From Muribaculaceae bacterium (GTDB lineage: Bacteria > Bacteroidota > Bacteroidia > Bacteroidales > Muribaculaceae), in NCBI GenBank assembly GCA_017621055.1, contig JAGATX010000027.1, positions 27,551-91,550 on the forward strand: 64,000 bases of DNA, in the 5' to 3' direction. Within the stretch, counting starts at the first letter, position 1. Each line of letters begins with the position of its first letter. The notes below the pieces were generated by a model. The model was not told the DNA's origin. It saw only the letters and a program-made list of their open reading frames with translations, and made no database searches. Of the stretch, positions 1-9,696 are shown in pieces. The position numbers and the translations under genes are program-made.

Positions 1-897
1 GCGGTCGATGGCATAATAGTCGCCGCCGAAGCCGGCGGGAACGGTGAGAGCCACCTTGACGTCGGCCTCAGTGCCGGGTATGGTGAAGTCGGCACGCGAG
101 GCACCCAGAGAATAGCAGGCACCGCTGCCCGTGTAGGTAGGACGCCTATAGTTCTTGAGGCCCGAGAAAGAGATAGATGTGCCGTCATTGCCCAGCAGGG
201 GCGGCAACGCCTCTTCGGGAGCGGGGCGGTGGCATGCAAAGCTGAAAGTCACCTTGGCGGAATCGGCAGCGGCGCCATCGAAATCGCGGATGGCGAAGGG
301 GAAGGTCTGTGTCTCGCCGGCGGATAGGCGCCGGTCGTGGTAGAAAATGCCGCCGTATACCGGATTCTGCACCTCATTTTCAATATAGCTCACATACACG
401 CCGTTGGTGATCGTGGTTGCATTCTCGTTCTCGGTAAAGTCGTTGACTTCGGGTGCCCTGGGCTCCTCTTCCTCATGGAGAAAGAAATATGACCGCAGGT
501 CGTAGTGGTTGCGGACAAAACTAATCGACATGATATCGTCGACTCGCATTTCAACATCGGCCTCGCCATAAAAATAGAGAGCGCCGTCGCGATGATAAGT
601 CGAAACGGGCATAAGGTCATCGGGAATTTCCTCGATGAATGAGTGCGATAGCAATGCCGGGGCGGGTGTGCCGTATACGCCTACTTTCGAGGGTTCGGAA
701 AAGCCCCATTCGGTAAGGGTGGCATAGTCGATGCGGTAAATACCCGCGGTATCGATGGCAATCTTCACCCAATGGCCGGAAGCCAGACGACTGGAGGGCA
801 CAAACGAGGGTGATTGCAGCGTCTGAGCCATTACGGGGGCAACGCCGCCGGCAAGGAGTGCAATAACAACAAATATATTTCGCAGGAAAATGAACAT
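1..897 (-). CDS. porU: Type IX secretion sortase PorU-like / C25 family protein, N-terminal part (runs off the left edge)
   Basis: Absent from the ORF track because no stop lies in the window. Minus strand from ATG at 897 reads MFIFLRNIFVVIALLAGGV (signal peptide) then SSRLASGHWVKIAIDTAGIYRIDYATLTEWGFSEPSKVGVYG, the typical PorU N-terminus. The catalytic domain is not visible. Confidence 0.7.
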   Translation of the reverse strand, partial: MFIFLRNIFVVIALLAGGVAPVMAQTLQSPSFVPSSRLASGHWVKIAIDTAGIYRIDYATLTEWGFSEPSKVGVYGTPAPALLSHSFIEEIPDDLMPVSTYHRDGALYFYGEADVEMRVDDIMSISFVRNHYDLRSYFFLHEEEEPRAPEVNDFTENENATTITNGVYVSYIENEVQNPVYGGIFYHDRRLSAGETQTFPFAIRDFDGAAADSAKVTFSFACHRPAPEEALPPLLGNDGTSISFSGLKNYRRPTYTGSGACYSLGASRADFTIPGTEADVKVALTVPAGFGGDYYAIDR

Positions 898-914
898 GAT
901 TGGTATTGTATTCT

Positions 915-1484
915 CTATTTGATTTTTAGATGGAGTGAGGGGGTGCTGTCTACGGAGGCGTCGACAAAAGTGCCCACTGTCGCGGCGCCGACATTTATGC
1001 CATGGTCGGCAAAAACGAGGACGTCGCCGGTGCGGAGGGTGCAGAAAGCCGATACGGCGGCTATGGCAGCGCCAACGGTGCCGGTATCGAAGATAACCGA
1101 TGCCGATGTGTTCGGTTTATCGCCTATGGCATAGGCAGATGCAGTAAAAGTAACCGCCCCGTCGGCCAGCGGCATGAATTCACCGGGAGCAAAAGTGCGA
1201 TCCGACAGGCCCCATACTGCGCGGCGTGCGTCGGCGGCATTCTCGGGCATCAGCAGATGGTATGCCGCCATGGCATCGGCATAGGAGCGGGCCACGCGAG
1301 GGGGTATGTGGGTGCCGAGACGGTCGATGCGCACGGCAGGGCATACAAGCGAACAGCATGGCCGCTCAATATCCACAAAAAGGGGTTCGCCATGACGGAG
1401 GACGGCGGAGTCGACACCGACACTGAGGTCGGATGCATCTCCGGCCGCTACGGCATCACTGTTCCACAGCACTATGGTTTTCAT
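915..1484 (-). CDS. Fumarylacetoacetate hydrolase family protein (divergent)
   Basis: Start trimmed to MKTIV (ATGA overlap with the rex stop). C-terminal 'AISAFCTLRTGDVLVF'-like FAH motif (AVSAFCTLRTGDVLVF). rex-FAH adjacency is common in Bacteroidales. Confidence 0.65.
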   Translation of the reverse strand: MKTIVLWNSDAVAAGDASDLSVGVDSAVLRHGEPLFVDIERPCCSLVCPAVRIDRLGTHIPPRVARSYADAMAAYHLLMPENAADARRAVWGLSDRTFAPGEFMPLADGAVTFTASAYAIGDKPNTSASVIFDTGTVGAAIAAVSAFCTLRTGDVLVFADHGINVGAATVGTFVDASVDSTPSLHLKIK

Positions 1485-2155
1485 GCCTTCGTACCGAGGT
1501 TTGCAAGCCGATTGTACATCACGGCCAAATGCGAATAAATGGAAGTGTCGGTAACCACTACACCCTCGGCCTCGCGGATGCGTGCCGGTGTGAAGTTCCA
1601 TATGGCCTTTACGCCGGCGGCTATGAAGTTCTCGGCCACCTCGGCGGCGCTTTCTACCGGTACTGCAAGAATGCCTATCGAGATATCGAGATCGCGGACA
1701 GTGTCGGCCATACGATCGGGAGTGAGGACCTTCACTCCGTTGATTTCCTTGCCCGTCAATGCCGGCGAAATATCGAAGCCGGCAACAATGTTGAGTCCAT
1801 AGCGCTGCAAGCCCGAGTCAGATACGAGGGCGGCGCCCAGACTGCCCACACCGCTGATGGCGGCGTTATGGCGGCGTTCGAAGCCGAGAAAGCTGCGGAG
1901 AGTATCCTCGAGCGCCGATACATTGTAGCCTATACGCGTCTTGCCCTTAAGGCCGAGGAACGACAGGTCCTTGGCAATCTGTGCAGGTGCCACCTCCAGC
2001 GCACGCGCAATAGTAGTGGTCGACACATATTCGTCGTTGTGCGCGTGCAGGGTGGTGAGATATGCCAGATACCATGGCAACCGTCGCAGGGTAGGCTCCG
2101 GGAGAGCCATGACACGGGCGGCGTTGTCGTCGTATATTTGTGTATTCTTATGCAT
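1481..2155 (-). CDS. rex: Redox-sensing transcriptional repressor Rex
   Basis: LPEPTLRRLPWY, QIAKDLSFLGLKGKTRIGY wHTH, GVGSLG Rossmann fold, IWNFTP. Start approximate (MHKNTQ). Confidence 0.93.
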   Translation of the reverse strand: MHKNTQIYDDNAARVMALPEPTLRRLPWYLAYLTTLHAHNDEYVSTTTIARALEVAPAQIAKDLSFLGLKGKTRIGYNVSALEDTLRSFLGFERRHNAAISGVGSLGAALVSDSGLQRYGLNIVAGFDISPALTGKEINGVKVLTPDRMADTVRDLDISIGILAVPVESAAEVAENFIAAGVKAIWNFTPARIREAEGVVVTDTSIYSHLAVMYNRLANLGTKA

Positions 2156-2172
2156 TGCTCCCATGCGGTTTA

Positions 2173-2706
2173 TCAATGGAGACCCTGACTGTCGAGGTAC
2201 TCCACAATCTCGGCACTGCTGAGGATGCGCCGCTCGGCCAGGCGGTCGGCCAGACGGCGTGCCACGGCACACACGGCGGCATGCGCGAAGAGGCGCTCGA
2301 CGTAGGATAGACACGCGCCGAACAGAGCGTCGGCTTCGTCGCTGTCGAGGCCGCACTGCTCGGCGCCCTCGGTGCGGACAAGACCGCGGAGATCGGCTAT
2401 CAGGCTGTCCTCCACACTGCTGCCATGCAGCAGACGCCGCCGGCAGATAATGTTGCCGAGGGTCATGGAGGTGACGGCACGCAGATCCTTCATTGTCTGA
2501 GCCCATACTATCTTTGCCGACATCCGCGGATTGCCGTTGAATGCGAAGTCGTGGCTCATCACCATGTTTGCACCGGCGGGAGCGTCGACACGCACTTCGG
2601 CGAGAAGATCCTCGCCATTGCATGCCACCAAAGTGAGCGCCATACCGCTGATGCCGTAGATTTTGTCGTTTTCGTCGGTATATGCCAGATTTATACGTTG
2701 TGCCAT
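2173..2706 (-). CDS. Conserved hypothetical protein, 177 aa
   Basis: Clean ORF with good codon usage, tightly spaced between porZ and rex. No recognisable catalytic motif. Confidence 0.7.
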   Translation of the reverse strand: MAQRINLAYTDENDKIYGISGMALTLVACNGEDLLAEVRVDAPAGANMVMSHDFAFNGNPRMSAKIVWAQTMKDLRAVTSMTLGNIICRRRLLHGSSVEDSLIADLRGLVRTEGAEQCGLDSDEADALFGACLSYVERLFAHAAVCAVARRLADRLAERRILSSAEIVEYLDSQGLH

Positions 2707-2719
2707 AGCTGCCTCAGAC

Positions 2720-5152
2720 TTAGTTGATGAACATTATCTTTGCCACGCTGCCCGATGCGGAGCCCGTGGCGTTCTGGCTTGCCATGATGAAGTATACGCC
2801 CGAACGTACGCGTCGGCCTGTGGTGTTGCAGCCGTCCCACACCAGCGAGCCGCCCTCGGAGCGACCTTGATAGACAAGATTTCCGGCGGCATCGACGATT
2901 TTCACCAGACTATTGTCCATCAGGCCGGTAATGGTTATCCAGCCGGTATAATCGGGACGAACGGGGTTGGGATAGGCATAGACTTCGCTGTAATCGTCGG
3001 CGGCGGGCGATGAGTCGCTGTTGTAGATCATGATACCGGCCTCGGTGCCGACATAAACTTTTGAGCTGTTGGGGTCAACGCTCACCGAGCATACCTTGTC
3101 GGTAGGCAGCGGCGAATTGTCGGTGGTGAAGTGCTCGAGAATCTGGGTACCGTCGGCGTTGACCAGGTAAAGACCGCTGGCTTCGGTGCCTATCCACTTG
3201 CGGTTGCTGTGGTCCACGGCCATGCAGGTAATATAATCGGTCTCAAGGAGATAGTCGCCGAAGTTTGTACCGTCGTTGCGCGGCACCAGCGGGCGGCTGA
3301 AGCGGAAGGTTGGGCTGAGAGCCTCGGTAGGATTGAGGGCGGTAAGCACGCCGCTGCAGGTGCCGAACCACACATGGCCGTCGTGATCCTCGACCATGCA
3401 CACCATGGCGTTGTTGGTCACAGGGTTTCCGTTGATATCAAGGATTTCCTCGACATTGAGGCCGCTGTCGTCGCTGAAATCGGCAGGTGTACCGCCGGTA
3501 TTGAGAACATAAACGCCTTTGCCATAAGCGGTGAAGAACGCTATATTGCTCTTTTTGCAGAAAAGCATGCTCTGGTCATAACCATAGCTGTCAAGCAGCA
3601 GGGACGTCACATTCTTCCAGGCGCTCGCCGGCAGATTTGCAAGACTGCCTTTAAGATATTTTGATTCGAGGATAAAATAGCGATGCAATGTCTGACCACT
3701 AAATGCACTTACCCACAAATTGCCTTCATTATCAAAACCAACCCCGTTGACACTGGTTCCCCAGTTTAGAGGCAAAGGTGAATTGTCAGCCGAAAAAAGG
3801 ATTTCAATTTCGCCATTGAGTATTGAATATAAGCCTTGCGTCTGAGTGGCAAGAAAATACCGGTCGCTATTATTGGGATCGGCGGCCATATTGGCAATAC
3901 TACCGACTATTCTCGTGGTTTTAGTAGCCTTCTGCCAGGCAGTGAAAGAGGACATGGAACCATAGGCGTTCAATGGCGAGACATCATCTACTGAGCCATT
4001 CACAAAAACACGATCAGCAGTCAGCGGAACCTGAGTATGCTGCAATCCCTGTGGAAGAACCTGCTGACGCAAAAGCGACGATGACATATTCGCCACATAC
4101 AGACTCTGTCCGTCGGCGCTCCAGCTCTGCTGAATGGCATAGCGGGTAGTCATGGCCTCGGGTGTGTAGTCCTCGAGCAAAACAGTGGGCGTAGTGCCGG
4201 AGATATCGTAGCGCCACAGTGCCATCTGATCGGGAGTATGCCACACCGAGCCGGTGCCGGTATTCGAGAAGACTGCTCCGGTCTTGAGGGCATCGGGATA
4301 ATTGGTATGGACAAGGGATCCGTCGGAAGCTATCGCTATGATCTGCGCCGTGCCGACTACAAACGCTTCGCCGTCGCCCTGTGTCAGGGTACCGGCCGCG
4401 CCATCGGCAATCTTTGTGCCGGTGTATGTGCCGTTGGCGGCGTCGTAGTCCATCTTGACAAGGTTTTTGTTGGCCTGGTGCTGGAAAACGAACGATGTTT
4501 CCGAGAGCTTGGCAACAGCACCATAGTAGGCTGAATATGAGGGGTCGGCACGCACGAAGCGGTCGAGCCGCGGATGGCGGTCGGCCAGCGCCGAGGTATA
4601 GAGGGTATTGTTGTTGACAATAAGAAGCCTGTCGCCCAAAATCATGGAAAACGGCACGTTGGAGCCGTAGATACCGGACTCAACCACTTCGTGGCGCTCG
4701 TCGTTGAACACCACAATGCCGAACGATGTGGAAACCACAAAACGGTCGGCACCGAAGGCCACGTGATTTATCTTTTTGGAATAAGGCAGGATAGCCTCCT
4801 TGATATCGGGCATGTTCACCACATGACCGTCGTCGTAGATGGCGTCGATATTTCCGTTCTGATAGAGCGCCAGCAGGTAGCCTTTGTCGTAGTTGTAATA
4901 GATATCCGTTATCTGATTGTCGGAAAGCTTGTTCTGCGTGCTGTAGAAATAGTTTTCGCCATCGTCGGCGAGCGACATCAGCGAGCCGTCGGTAAGGAAG
5001 TAGGTTTTGGCGGGCGTGTCGATTATCTTGTCGAAAGTAGCGCCTTTGAGGGGCAACGACATCCACGAACCGGCCACAGTCTGCGCCGAAGCGGCGAAAG
5101 CGGCCAATCCTGTTATCAATGCGGTCAGTATTCTTAAACTCTGTCTGTACAT
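2720..5152 (-). CDS. porZ: T9SS anionic-LPS delivery protein PorZ-like (beta-propeller plus C-terminal domain)
   Basis: Signal peptide (MYRQSLRIL..AASA), propeller repeats (EDHDGHVWFGT, VDHSNRKWIGTEASGLY) and the C-terminal VYAYPNPVRPDY...GGSLVWDG...SGVYFIMA...KIMFIN typical of PorZ. Confidence 0.85.
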   Translation of the reverse strand: MYRQSLRILTALITGLAAFAASAQTVAGSWMSLPLKGATFDKIIDTPAKTYFLTDGSLMSLADDGENYFYSTQNKLSDNQITDIYYNYDKGYLLALYQNGNIDAIYDDGHVVNMPDIKEAILPYSKKINHVAFGADRFVVSTSFGIVVFNDERHEVVESGIYGSNVPFSMILGDRLLIVNNNTLYTSALADRHPRLDRFVRADPSYSAYYGAVAKLSETSFVFQHQANKNLVKMDYDAANGTYTGTKIADGAAGTLTQGDGEAFVVGTAQIIAIASDGSLVHTNYPDALKTGAVFSNTGTGSVWHTPDQMALWRYDISGTTPTVLLEDYTPEAMTTRYAIQQSWSADGQSLYVANMSSSLLRQQVLPQGLQHTQVPLTADRVFVNGSVDDVSPLNAYGSMSSFTAWQKATKTTRIVGSIANMAADPNNSDRYFLATQTQGLYSILNGEIEILFSADNSPLPLNWGTSVNGVGFDNEGNLWVSAFSGQTLHRYFILESKYLKGSLANLPASAWKNVTSLLLDSYGYDQSMLFCKKSNIAFFTAYGKGVYVLNTGGTPADFSDDSGLNVEEILDINGNPVTNNAMVCMVEDHDGHVWFGTCSGVLTALNPTEALSPTFRFSRPLVPRNDGTNFGDYLLETDYITCMAVDHSNRKWIGTEASGLYLVNADGTQILEHFTTDNSPLPTDKVCSVSVDPNSSKVYVGTEAGIMIYNSDSSPAADDYSEVYAYPNPVRPDYTGWITITGLMDNSLVKIVDAAGNLVYQGRSEGGSLVWDGCNTTGRRVRSGVYFIMASQNATGSASGSVAKIMFIN

Positions 5153-5180
5153 TATAAATATATATGGCAAGGAGATTGAT

Positions 5181-5771
5181 TTATTGTCTGTTTTCCGTGT
5201 CGAGAAATTCCACGAGCTTGTCGAGGGCACGTCGCCGATGGCTTACGGCATTCTTGGCCTCAGGCGTACCCTCGGCGAAAGTGCAATTCCATCCGTCGGG
5301 GCGGAATAGCGGGTCGTAGCCAAAGCCGCCGTCGCCGCGTGGAGTCTCCAGAATAGAGCCTTCTATGCTGCCGCTGAAAAACAGCGGGTCACTGTCGCCG
5401 CGCACCAGGGCGAGGACCGTGCGGAAGCGAGCGCTCCGGTCGGCCACGCCTTGCAATTCGCGCAGCAGGCGTGCGTTGTTCGCGGCATCGTCGTGGGCGG
5501 TGCCGGCATAGCGCGCGCTGTGCACGCCCGGAGCGCCGCCGAGAGCGTCGACCTCCAGGCCCGAGTCATCGGCTATGCAGTCCACACCGTATCGACTGCG
5601 CACCCACAGCGCCTTTGCGACGGCATTGGCCTCGAAGGTGTCGCCATCCTCGGGGATATCGTCGGAGCACCCTATGTCGTCGAGGCCCAGAACACGGTAT
5701 CTGCCAGACAGCATGGCGCCTATTTCCCGGAGCTTGTGGACGTTGCGTGTGGCTACAATAAGCTGTTTCAT
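5181..5771 (-). CDS. rdgB: Non-canonical purine NTP pyrophosphatase (RdgB/HAM1)
   Basis: ATRNVHKLREI, ADDSGLEVDALGGAPGVHSARY, GFGYDPLF, SHR motifs. Confidence 0.95.
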   Translation of the reverse strand: MKQLIVATRNVHKLREIGAMLSGRYRVLGLDDIGCSDDIPEDGDTFEANAVAKALWVRSRYGVDCIADDSGLEVDALGGAPGVHSARYAGTAHDDAANNARLLRELQGVADRSARFRTVLALVRGDSDPLFFSGSIEGSILETPRGDGGFGYDPLFRPDGWNCTFAEGTPEAKNAVSHRRRALDKLVEFLDTENRQ

Positions 5772-5809
5772 TTCTCTATCCTATAACGGAAAAGCGGCAA
5801 AGGTTATTG

Positions 5810-8581
5810 TCACACCACAATGTTAACAATTCTGCCGGGCACCACTATCACCTTCTTCACGGCTTTGCCGTCGAGCCACTTTTCAGCCGCGGGGTCGGCC
5901 AGCGCGGCAGCCTGCACATCCTCGCGCGAGGCGTCGGCAGCCACGGTGATGTTGTAGCGTGTTTTCCCGTTGAACGATACGGGCAGGGTTATGGTGCTCT
6001 CTACCAGATATTTCTCGTCGAAAGCGGGCCAGGGGGCGTCGCAAACAGTATAGTCGTGGCCGAGGGCGTCGTGCCACAGCAACTCGGCGAGATGCGGGGC
6101 AAACGGCGCTATCAGCACGGCAAGCGGCTCGAGCACCTGACGGCTGCGGCATTTTGCGGCAGCAAGTTCGTTGACGCATATCATGAATGCGGCCACGGAG
6201 GTATTGAACGAGAAAGCCTCGATATCGGCTGTAACTTTCTTGATGAGCTTGTGCAGACTCTTGAGAGTCTCGGCCGAAGGCTCGCTGTCGTCGACGAGCA
6301 GCTCGTCGGCTTTATAGTAAAGGTTCCAGAATTTGCGGATAAAGCGGAACACACCGTCGATGCCGTTGGTATCCCAGGGTTTGCTCTGTTCCACCGGGCC
6401 GAGGAACATTTCGTAAAGTCGGAGAGTGTCGGCACCATAACGCTCCACCATATCGTCCGGATTCACAACGTTGTACATCGACTTGGACATTTTCTCGACG
6501 GCCCATCCGCAGGTATATCGGCCGTCATCGCCGAGGATAAACTCTGCATCGGCGAACTCGGGACGCCAGGTCTTGAAGGCGGGAAGGTCGAGAATATCGT
6601 TGCTTACCATATTGACATCCACATGTATTGGTGTGGTGTCGTAGGCGTCGCGCTTTTCAGCGGTTACGAACGTATTGGTATCCTTTATGCGGTAAACGAA
6701 GCTGCTGCGGCCCTGAATCATACCCTGATTCACAAGCTTGCGGAAGGGCTCGTCCTCGCAGACGGCACCGATGTCGTACAGGAACTTGTTCCAGAAACGG
6801 CTGTAGATAAGGTGACCGGTGGCATGTTCGGCGCCCCCCACATAGAGGTCGACCTGACGCCAGTACTCGTCGGCGCTCTCGGAAACCAAAGCCTCGTCGT
6901 TGTGGGGGTCCATATACCGGAGATAATATGCCGACGAACCGGCGAAACCGGGCATGGTATTGAGTTCGAGGGGATAGCCCTCGGGGGTATTCCAGTCTTT
7001 GGCGCGGCCCAGAGGCGGCTCGCCGTTCTCGGTGGGCAGATATTTGTCGATTTCGGGCAGTTCGAGGGGAAGTCTGTCGTAAGCAGTGGGTATGCCGTCC
7101 ACATAGCACACAGGGATAGGCTCGCCCCAGTAGCGCTGACGGCTGAAAATAGCGTCGCGAAGGCGGTAGTTTGTCTTTACCTTTCCCAGCCCGCGGGCCT
7201 CGATAAAACGCTTTGCCTCCGCCAGAGCGTCGGCCACACTCATACCGTTGAGGTCCAGACCTCCGCCGCAGGAATTGATCATCGTTCCTTCCTTGGCGTC
7301 GTAGCTGCTCTCGCTCACATCGGCACCTTCGATAAGAGGTATTACGGGGAGGTCGAAGTGGCGGGCAAAGGCATAGTCGCGGCTGTCGTGGGCAGGCACG
7401 GCCATGATGGCGCCTGTCCCGTAGCCGGCAAGTACATAGTCGCTGACCCATACCGGGATTTTGGCGCCGCTGACGGGGTTGACGGCATAAGCGCCGGTGA
7501 ACACGCCGGTCACACGGCGGTCGATCATCCTCTCTCGCTCGGTGCGGTTGCGGATAGAGTCGAGGTATTCGTCAACTGCCGTACGGCGGTCAGTGGTAGT
7601 GATCTGCTGCACATATTTGCTTTCCGGAGCGAGAACCATGAAGGTCACGCCGAAAATAGTGTCGGGGCGCGTGGTGAAAATCTCGAGCGAGAGGTCGCTG
7701 CGGCCATCGACGGCAAAACGCATCTCGGCGCCCTGACTGCGGCCGATCCAGTTGCGCTGCGTCTCCTTGAGGGAGTCGCTCCACTGGAGGTTGTCGAGAC
7801 CGTCGAGCAGGCGCCCGGCATATGCCGACACACGCAGGCACCACTGCCACATCTTCTTCTGTTCCACGGGGTATCCGCCGCGTACCGACAGACCTTCGCA
7901 AACCTCGTCGTTGGCGAGCACGGTGCCGAGTTTGGGGCACCAGTTCACTATTGCATTCGCAAGATATGCCAGGCGATAATTCATCAGCACCTCGTTTCGG
8001 GCGGCGGCGTCCATGGTCTTCCACTGCTCGGCGGTGAAATTGAGCTGTTTTGTCTGTGCGGCGTCGATACCTTCGCTGCCGTGCGCACCGAAGTGAGCTA
8101 TGAGGTCGGACAGAGCACGGGCACGGCCGGCGCTGCGGTCGTACCAGCTGTCGAACATCCGTAGAAATGCCCACTGAGTCCATTTGTAATATGCAGGGTC
8201 ACAGGTGCGGACGGTGCGGCTCCAGTCGAACGAAAACCCGATTTTGCGCAGCTGCTCGCAGTAGCGCTCAATGTTCTGCCGGGTAGTGATTTCGGGATGC
8301 TGGCCCGTCTGGATAGCATATTGCTCTGCCGGCAGTCCGTATGCGTCGAAGCCCATGGGATGAAGAACATTAAAGCCGTTGAGGCGCTTATAGCGGGCAT
8401 ATATGTCGCTGGCTATATAGCCCAACGGGTGCCCTACATGGAGACCGGCGCCCGACGGGTAAGGAAACATATCGAGCACATAGTATTTAGGACGCGATTT
8501 GTCGATCTCCACGCGGTAAACGTCGTTTTCTTCCCAATAGCGGCGTGCGCGCTGTTCTATTTCTTTATGATTGTATTCCAT
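5810..8581 (-). CDS. leuS: Leucine--tRNA ligase
   Basis: [14 protein letters not shown] (HIGH motif), KMSKS, FTTRPDT editing domain. Confidence 0.98.
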   Translation of the reverse strand: MEYNHKEIEQRARRYWEENDVYRVEIDKSRPKYYVLDMFPYPSGAGLHVGHPLGYIASDIYARYKRLNGFNVLHPMGFDAYGLPAEQYAIQTGQHPEITTRQNIERYCEQLRKIGFSFDWSRTVRTCDPAYYKWTQWAFLRMFDSWYDRSAGRARALSDLIAHFGAHGSEGIDAAQTKQLNFTAEQWKTMDAAARNEVLMNYRLAYLANAIVNWCPKLGTVLANDEVCEGLSVRGGYPVEQKKMWQWCLRVSAYAGRLLDGLDNLQWSDSLKETQRNWIGRSQGAEMRFAVDGRSDLSLEIFTTRPDTIFGVTFMVLAPESKYVQQITTTDRRTAVDEYLDSIRNRTERERMIDRRVTGVFTGAYAVNPVSGAKIPVWVSDYVLAGYGTGAIMAVPAHDSRDYAFARHFDLPVIPLIEGADVSESSYDAKEGTMINSCGGGLDLNGMSVADALAEAKRFIEARGLGKVKTNYRLRDAIFSRQRYWGEPIPVCYVDGIPTAYDRLPLELPEIDKYLPTENGEPPLGRAKDWNTPEGYPLELNTMPGFAGSSAYYLRYMDPHNDEALVSESADEYWRQVDLYVGGAEHATGHLIYSRFWNKFLYDIGAVCEDEPFRKLVNQGMIQGRSSFVYRIKDTNTFVTAEKRDAYDTTPIHVDVNMVSNDILDLPAFKTWRPEFADAEFILGDDGRYTCGWAVEKMSKSMYNVVNPDDMVERYGADTLRLYEMFLGPVEQSKPWDTNGIDGVFRFIRKFWNLYYKADELLVDDSEPSAETLKSLHKLIKKVTADIEAFSFNTSVAAFMICVNELAAAKCRSRQVLEPLAVLIAPFAPHLAELLWHDALGHDYTVCDAPWPAFDEKYLVESTITLPVSFNGKTRYNITVAADASREDVQAAALADPAAEKWLDGKAVKKVIVVPGRIVNIVV

Positions 8582-8595
8582 TGATGATTATTATC

Positions 8596-9561
8596 TTAAG
8601 AAAGTTCGAGCATGCGGTCGAGAGGACGGCGGGCACGCTCTGCCACGGCGGCATCGACCTCCACCACGGGGGTCTCGTCGCGCAGACAGGCGGCAAGTTT
8701 CTCCAGGGTGTTGAGTTTCATGAAGCGACATACATTGCGCATGCCGTAGGCGACAGGCGCCTCGATGAATTTCTTCGACGGCGAGGCCTGACGCATCTTG
8801 TGGAGTATTCCCGGTTCGGTGGCGACGATAAATGTCGTGGCAGGGTCACTGGCGCTGAACTCCAGCAATGCTTTTGTGCTGCCGACCTTGTCGGCAAGGA
8901 TCGTTACATCCTGCGGACACTCGGGGTGCACAAGCACTTTGGCGTCCGGATTGTCGGCTTTGAGGCGTGCTATGCCCTCGGCGTCGAAACGGTTGTGCAG
9001 GTAGCAGCATGCATCCCACAACACCATATCTCGGCCGGTCTGCTCCATGATATATCTGCCGAGGTTGCGGTCAGGCCCGAAGATTATCTTTTCATCGGCA
9101 GGCAGCGACTCGACAACCTTCACTGCGTTGGAACTTGTGACGAGCAAGTCTGACAGGGCCTTGACATCGAGAGTGGTATTGACGTAGCTCACGACAGTAT
9201 GTCCGGGATGTTCGGCGATGAAGGCGCGGAGCTTGCCGGCAGGGCACCCCGAGGCCAGAGTGCAGCCGGCGTTATCGTCGGGAACGAGCACTTTTTTGTC
9301 GGGACAAAGCATTTTCACTGTCTCGCCCATGAAATTGACGCCGCACATGACAATGATATCGGCATCGGCGCCTTTGGCGGCAGCCGTCTGTGCCAGCGCC
9401 AGCGAGTCGCCGACATAGTCGGCAACGTCCTGAATATCGCCATCGACATAGTAGTGGGCGAGCACTATGGCATTCTTTTCGGCTTTCAGCCGTTTTATCT
9501 CGTCGATAAGAGGCCGCCGTTCGGCAGAGCGCTCATCGCTGTGGTTATTATCTGCAGGCAT
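8596..9561 (-). CDS. nadA: Quinolinate synthase
   Basis: LAHYY, CGVNFMGET, GCTLA, SYVNT, HPEC and C-terminal MKLNTLEK motifs. Confidence 0.95.
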   Translation of the reverse strand: MPADNNHSDERSAERRPLIDEIKRLKAEKNAIVLAHYYVDGDIQDVADYVGDSLALAQTAAAKGADADIIVMCGVNFMGETVKMLCPDKKVLVPDDNAGCTLASGCPAGKLRAFIAEHPGHTVVSYVNTTLDVKALSDLLVTSSNAVKVVESLPADEKIIFGPDRNLGRYIMEQTGRDMVLWDACCYLHNRFDAEGIARLKADNPDAKVLVHPECPQDVTILADKVGSTKALLEFSASDPATTFIVATEPGILHKMRQASPSKKFIEAPVAYGMRNVCRFMKLNTLEKLAACLRDETPVVEVDAAVAERARRPLDRMLELS

Positions 9562-9581
9562 GATTGGTTCATTTTAACTCG

Positions 9582-9589
9582 CAAAGATA
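9582..9589 (-). promoter_or_regulatory. Bacteroidetes -7 promoter element for nadA-leuS
   Basis: TATCTTTG on the minus strand matches TAnnTTTG. Confidence 0.65.
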
Positions 9590-9672
9590 CAACTTTTTCG
9601 CCAATTACGCAAAATCACAGTTTTACGCCGCCAAAATATACGCGAGGTATCCCTCATTCTAAAGATTTTGAC

Positions 9673-9680
9673 TACTTTTG
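9673..9680 (+). promoter_or_regulatory. -7 promoter element for the acyltransferase
   Basis: TACTTTTG, 16 nt before the ATG at 9697. Confidence 0.6.
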
Positions 9681-9696
9681 CAAAAATATTAGAGAT

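Noticed and set aside
5807-8164. Long antisense ORFs (5807-8164, 19855-20787, 30387-31571, 33215-34975, 46384-47460, 55424-57073 and others)
   Set aside because: They mirror well-supported genes on the other strand and lack motifs; expected shadows of GC-rich codon bias.
1481-9600. Rex operator upstream of nadA or rex
   Set aside because: No TTGTGAA-N4-TTCACAA-like site was seen by eye in these spacers.
9199-9696. Extended N-termini in the ORF track (rex 2623, acyltransferase 9199, EptA 12470, GT4 13566, lptE 41050, thyA 51515 and others)
   Set aside because: The extensions overlap neighbouring genes, tRNAs or promoters and are compositionally non-protein-like; starts were trimmed.
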